From: Somniosus microcephalus
Lineage: Eukaryota
Length of the DNA: 64,000 nt
Direction of reading: 5' to 3'
NCBI GenBank assembly: GCA_052327205.1
Contig: CM126207.1
Location: forward strand, 227,912,001-227,976,000
Shown here: positions 59,173 to 64,000 of the stretch, piece by piece
How the letters are laid out: each line of letters begins with the position of its first letter
How positions within the stretch are numbered: the stretch's first letter is position 1
The notes under the pieces: generated by a model
Databases searched by the model: none
Seen by the model: the letters and a program-made list of their open reading frames with translations, nothing else
What the model was told of the DNA's origin: nothing
Program-made: the position numbers and the translations under genes

Positions 59173-60408
59173 CAAGAGCTGTAACCCTTGCTGCTCTTGA
59201 GGTCATTGAACTGCTTCCTACACTGAATCTAGGTCTTGGGGGTGATGCTGCTGGCAGTGACCCTCTCAGCCGCCTCTGTCCAGGCCTATTGGATAGCTAC
59301 CCTGGCTATGCTCCTGCGGGTGCTGGGAAACAATACCTCCCTCCTTGCCCTGACCTCCCCCACGAGGACCTCCAGGGAAGCATCAGAAAACCTTGGGGGA
59401 GCCCTGTAACTCATTCTCCCAACAGTCCCTCTTCCAGCACTATAACAGCAAAATCTGGCATCAGGGTATCCAACCTCACTTTAGGAGGTGCATTCCTGCT
59501 TTAAATGGGCCTCAGGCACCACATTGGAAATGGCCCCACGAAAATGGGCAGGCTGCCCATTTCCCAACACGATAGGGTGGTCGGCCCGTCGATTAAAATA
59601 AGGACCAGGAGTTCAACTCTCCCGGGCCCCTCATTGGCATTGGGGGCTCGTCACCACTTCCCCCCTCCCCCCCCCCCCCCCCCCCCACACCACTACCCAC
59701 CCAATTTGTGCCTCGAGTTAAAATCAGGGCTTGTGGTTTCATCAGAAACATTTCAAGTGCTTTATGTTAGCGCTCTTTAAATGCTAATGTGCAATTGTTA
59801 TAGAACTAGACTTAAAGATAATGACAGACTTTAGAATTCCTACTGAGCTCTGATATTTCCTCACCACATAATTTGATCAGAATTATTAGCAGTTTCTGAA
59901 ATAACTGATGTATTGTAATAATAATAATCGAGTTTGCCTAAGTCCTCAAAGAGTTGTAAATCTGTATATTTTCCTATTATCCTTTGAGCTGCAAATAAAG
60001 TAAATTAGAAAATAATGAAGAGATTTTTAATGCAGAAAGATGGGCCATTACATTGAAATGGAATGGTTATTAGGTCTGACTGGTTTATAAGCTTGTCAGA
60101 ATTCACATGCTTTTTCTAGCAAGTTTATAGATTTAGGTAGTGGACTGCTTTTTAGAAGAACCTATAATGATAACTGCTAGTTAGAAACAAAAAATATAGA
60201 AAAAAATGAAAGGCCAGAATTCATTTACAATCAAATGATACAATTGTGAAGAAGAAGCACTGTGCAGGTCAGATGCTAAGCTGTGGTTCGGCCAGGACTA
60301 GCTATTCTAGTTTTTTTTCAAAAATATTTATTTGTATTCAAAGTGGCACTGGTGTGAATATTTTTAGATTGGTAATGTTTACACATTTGGATATTTGTAC
60401 TTTTGCAG

Positions 60409-60992
60409 AAAAGAAAAAGCCTGGCCTTTTTCACCAGATTACCAAAACTCACGGAACAATCATCGGTATTTCATCAGGAATTGTCCTGGTTCTTCTTGTC
60501 ATTTCTGTACTAGTGCAAGTAAAACAACCTCGTAAAAAGGTTTTGGCTCGCAAAGCAGCATTTAACAAATCAGGATTTCAGGAAGTGTTCGATCCTCCTC
60601 ATTATGAACTATTTTCGTTAAGAGACAAAGAAATAACGGCAGATTTGGCTGATTTATCTGAAGACTTTGAGAACTACCATAAACTGAGGCGCTCCTCATC
60701 CAATGCCTCCAGGTGCATCCACGACCACCACTGCGGCTCACAACCACCAAGTATAAAGCAAAGCAGGACTAATTTAAGCACAATGGACCTTCCATTTCGG
60801 AATGACTTCTCTCAGCCACAGCCAATGAAAACATTTAATAGCACCTTCAAGAAAAGCTGCTATACTTTAAAACACTCACAAGACAGTCCAGAACGTGTCA
60901 TAGAAGACAGAGTGATGGAGGAGATTCCTCCTGAAATCTACATACGTGGCAGAAATGACACTGTTCAGCGTTCAATGTCCATTGACTTCTGA
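60409..60992 (+). CDS. NETO2: NETO2 last coding exon (TM helix and cytoplasmic tail)
   Basis: ttgcag|AA AAG... (E)[43 protein letters not shown]...[13 protein letters not shown]...[10 protein letters not shown]...SMSIDF*. Confidence 0.98.
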
Positions 60993-61539
60993 AGTGGAAC
61001 TGCTGTGCTGTTACTGAGCACTATCTTTTGGTCTCTTTGTCTCTTGCAAATGCTGCTCTGTCACTTTGACATTTCATTTGGCATTTTAATATACCCCAAT
61101 AATCAGCTCAATGACAAGATATGTGGAACTGGGGTCACCTTTCCTTGACCCTTCTGATTGACTATATTTCTGTGAGACGAACTGTCGACAACAATTCTTA
61201 ATAACAGACTCTCTGGTTGTGTTCTGAAGCTTGCTAATATTGTATTATTGGTTGATAATTATTTACTGTAAATATGCTAAAGGTTTAATTCTTTGGTCTC
61301 CTGCTGTTAGCCCATTAATTGCTCCAGTCCACTGGAGAGAAGCTTTTTAACTGAAGTATGAAAAGCAGCACTGCAATTACATCAAAAGTCCTTTCAAGTG
61401 TCTTTTTTTTACTTAAAAAGAAGCATTGAATTTTTAGACCCTGCTAGACTATGGTTTTGAATGGCAACATTTTCTACTTGTCATGGCCTATTTTTTACAC
61501 ATTAATTTAACACACTATTTAGATAAGGTCACCACTATG

Positions 61540-61594
61540 AATAAAGTTACCATTAGTGAACTCACAGGATTATGTATTTGCCAGTTCAAATAAA
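61540..61594 (+). terminator. Candidate NETO2 polyadenylation signals
   Basis: AATAAA at 61540-61545 and 61589-61594 with T/GT-rich downstream sequence. Usage not demonstrated. Confidence 0.45.
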
Positions 61595-61699
61595 AAGCTT
61601 GTTGAAATGTAAAATTATTTCTTTCTGTGCAGACTATCGACAACCTAATTATCCATCCTCTTTGCAAAATGTAATATTTTAGTAACTTATTTTGGTAAA

Positions 61700-64000
61700 T
61701 GGGAGTTAACTTTTAAAAGCTGTGTGGAATCCTGACACTTGAAAGAGGGGACAGTGGGAGTGGGGGTAGGGGGGGGTGGGAGTGGGAGTGACGGAAAGTG
61801 GGTGGGGCCTCTGGTGCCCACCGATGATGCAGGAGAGAGGCATGAACCATTTAAGGTTCATGCCTCATTTCCATATGATGGGTATACTCACACTGGTTAT
61901 TGGCAGCTCGTCCATTGGTGGGTAGGGAGAGCGAATTGGGGCAGAAGTAATGCAATTTAAAGGCAACCTGCACCTCTTAAAGGGGAGGTGCACTTTGCTG
62001 CATGGTGTGATCTTAAACTTGGAAAGTACATTCTCAATGTGTACTTGCAAAGGCCCCAAAATTTTCAGACAGCTCTCCGGAGGTCCTTGTAGAGGAGGTC
62101 TGCAGGAAGAAGCTGGTCCTGTTTCTGGATGACGGGAGAAGGGTGCCAAGGCAAGTAGCCCTGCAATGGTGGGCAGAGGTGGCTGACTAGATGCATGCGG
62201 TAAGCATTGCCCTGAGAACTTGGCATAGTGCCATAAAAAATTCAATGATTTGACCAGAGCTGCTAAGATAAGACTCCTATTCCCACCTATCTTACTCACC
62301 GCTTAGCCCTGCACCACCTGTAGCCCCAGCACTCACAAGTCTTCCCTGCTTCCCATCACTTTCCTCTAATCACAGCAGCACACTTCACTGCACTGCACTG
62401 CACCTCTTTCAACTTCCACCTGCACATTCTGTACCGCCTCACAATTATTCCCCTCGCTGCCCCACACCTGCGGCTTCTTTCACGCACCATCCAAACTGTA
62501 CTAGCCTGACAAGCTCATCTTCAGAACCCTTCAACAGGTCACACGCTAACGCACTTTCTTCTGGACCAGATATTTGCAGGTGGCAAGGCTGGAGGATATG
62601 TCCCACAGGGCGTTTGGCCATCCGACCCTTTTTGCTTTTCACTGAACTTTCTCCCTCACGTACTATGCATGGCAATCTGGTACTGCCTTGAACTGCCACT
62701 GATCTGAGTCAGTTACAAGGGTCTACACTGGGAGAATCACCAAGTACAAGTGCACAGGAACATGGGCAGGGGAAAGGATGGCAGAGGAATGAGTTTACCA
62801 CAGGGCAAGCTCATGTCCTAGCGCTGCTGTAGACAGTACAGATGAAGGCTGCTAGGGCTATAAAAGACTGATAGCTGGGCACCAGCAACTGCTTGATGCA
62901 TTGGACTGTCTGCCAGGGAGCTTGTGTCAGACAGTGTAGAGTAGTCCACCTCGAACTCACATGAGGTCCTTGCACATGACATCAAAGCACTGCAGTCAAC
63001 GATGGAGCATGTAACCTCCCTGCACACTGCAGTGAGGCTCTCCGTTATGGAGCCTGTGGTAACAACTCTAACATCTTCGATGGAAACTCAGACTGTTGTC
63101 ATTCAAGCGTAGGGTTCCAATGCCTCCTGCATCTTGAAGGAAAGCATCAATAGGGGCATCTAAACCATCCAATCAATCCTACACTTGGTTCTCGTGCAGA
63201 GCAATGGGAGTGCTGAGACCCAGCCTCATGCAGGTGGCAATAGCTCCACAGAAGAGGCATATGCTTTCCTTTTTCAGGATGGCAGGATGTATGCTCCCCA
63301 TCACTCCTTCAACCAGTGTCTGTGTTGGTGCTATAAAGTAAGCTGGATCAGACTGCCCCAGCCGTAGCCAAGCTGCTGCGGTTCTGCAGCCAGGCCCTCT
63401 CAGGTCCAAGGTCCACAAGCTCACCCACGATGGCCATCTCAAGTGCACTCATTGGATTTGATGCAGGCATGTGTCGCAAATTGATTAACATTGTTTATCT
63501 CACCTGCTGCAGCCTGGAATGACCCTGAGACATGGAAATCCGGGCACCTTCAGAGTGTGTGATCCAGTGATGGGCACCAGTTGCTACTGCAATAAGTGCC
63601 CTAGCTCTCTACAGCTTCCGTAGAGAATCAGAGCCACTGGACAAACTGTTCCTCACATAACTGGAGGAACGATGTTCTTGTCCTGTAAACTCGTCTGGGG
63701 TAAGGCTCCCCAACTCTTCCTTTCTGCTCTTCTTGCTCCTGGTCCTCCACTACAATGGCAGATTGAGCAGCACATCCATGTTACCAGATGAAGTTTGTGC
63801 AGAAGCCCAAGGGCAGAAATTCTCTTCCAGCTACAAAAGAAACCTTGCCACAAGTTTTGCACTCAGCTACATCAGCCAACTCAGCAGAAATGGGCACAAA
63901 AGCCCAGTAGCATTTAAAAATGAGCAACCAGATCCTGAACTAATTGCAGCTGAGGATCCCTTTAAATAACACTGGTACACCATCCCTCCTGACTGTTCCG
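61700..64000. mobile_element. Old Harbinger element: Myb remnant (+, ~62050-62270) convergent with transposase N-terminal remnant (-, ~63450-63760)
   Basis: + strand KAPKFSDSSPEVLVEEV...CHKKFNDLTRAAK. - strand PYPRRVYRTRTSFLQLCEEQ...FHVSGSFQAAAGEI..V.QFATHACIK. Runs to the window end. Confidence 0.75.

Larger units (their letters stand above)
56950..59731 (-). mobile_element. Harbinger derivative carrying decayed Myb gene exons, with nested CR1 tail and MITE
   Basis: Reverse strand: Myb exon ~59180-59420 (AAERVTASSITPKT*IQCRKQFNDLK) and exon 2 ~57710-57825 (DKRANN..KTGGG..LTQVEYKALEI). End aaaatcagggct at ~59731; left boundary uncertain. Confidence 0.7.

Noticed and set aside
60246-60408. 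5' extension of the 248-aa ORF
   Set aside because: Intronic read-through; homology and the splice acceptor start at 60409.

Overview
Vertebrate genomic DNA. The repeat landscape suggests a cartilaginous fish (shark); this is an inference. The window holds two spliced protein-coding genes on the + strand. ITFG1 is represented by its last four coding exons (6004-19016). NETO2 is complete, with 9 coding exons (23113-60992; 1581 nt, 526 aa, CUB-CUB-LDLa-TM, ending in SIDF). All exons have GT-AG junctions and consistent phases. The introns are dense with decayed transposable elements: CR1 and L2 LINE fragments, ancient SINEs (DeuSINE-, LF-SINE- and LmeSINE-like), a fragmented Gypsy element, four Penelope-like insertions with 14-16 bp TSDs carrying minimal hammerhead-ribozyme motifs, several PIF/Harbinger elements (transposase plus Myb/SANT gene) with their MITEs, and one hAT MITE. 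I found no CRISPR array, no rRNA or tRNA gene and no convincing novel protein-coding system; most ORFs in the track are TE debris or chance. The most notable signals are the PLE hammerheads, a shared Harbinger end architecture, and multi-layer TE nesting that includes a chimeric retro-insert. TE family names come from my recall of consensus sequences and need database confirmation; fragment boundaries without a TSD are approximate.
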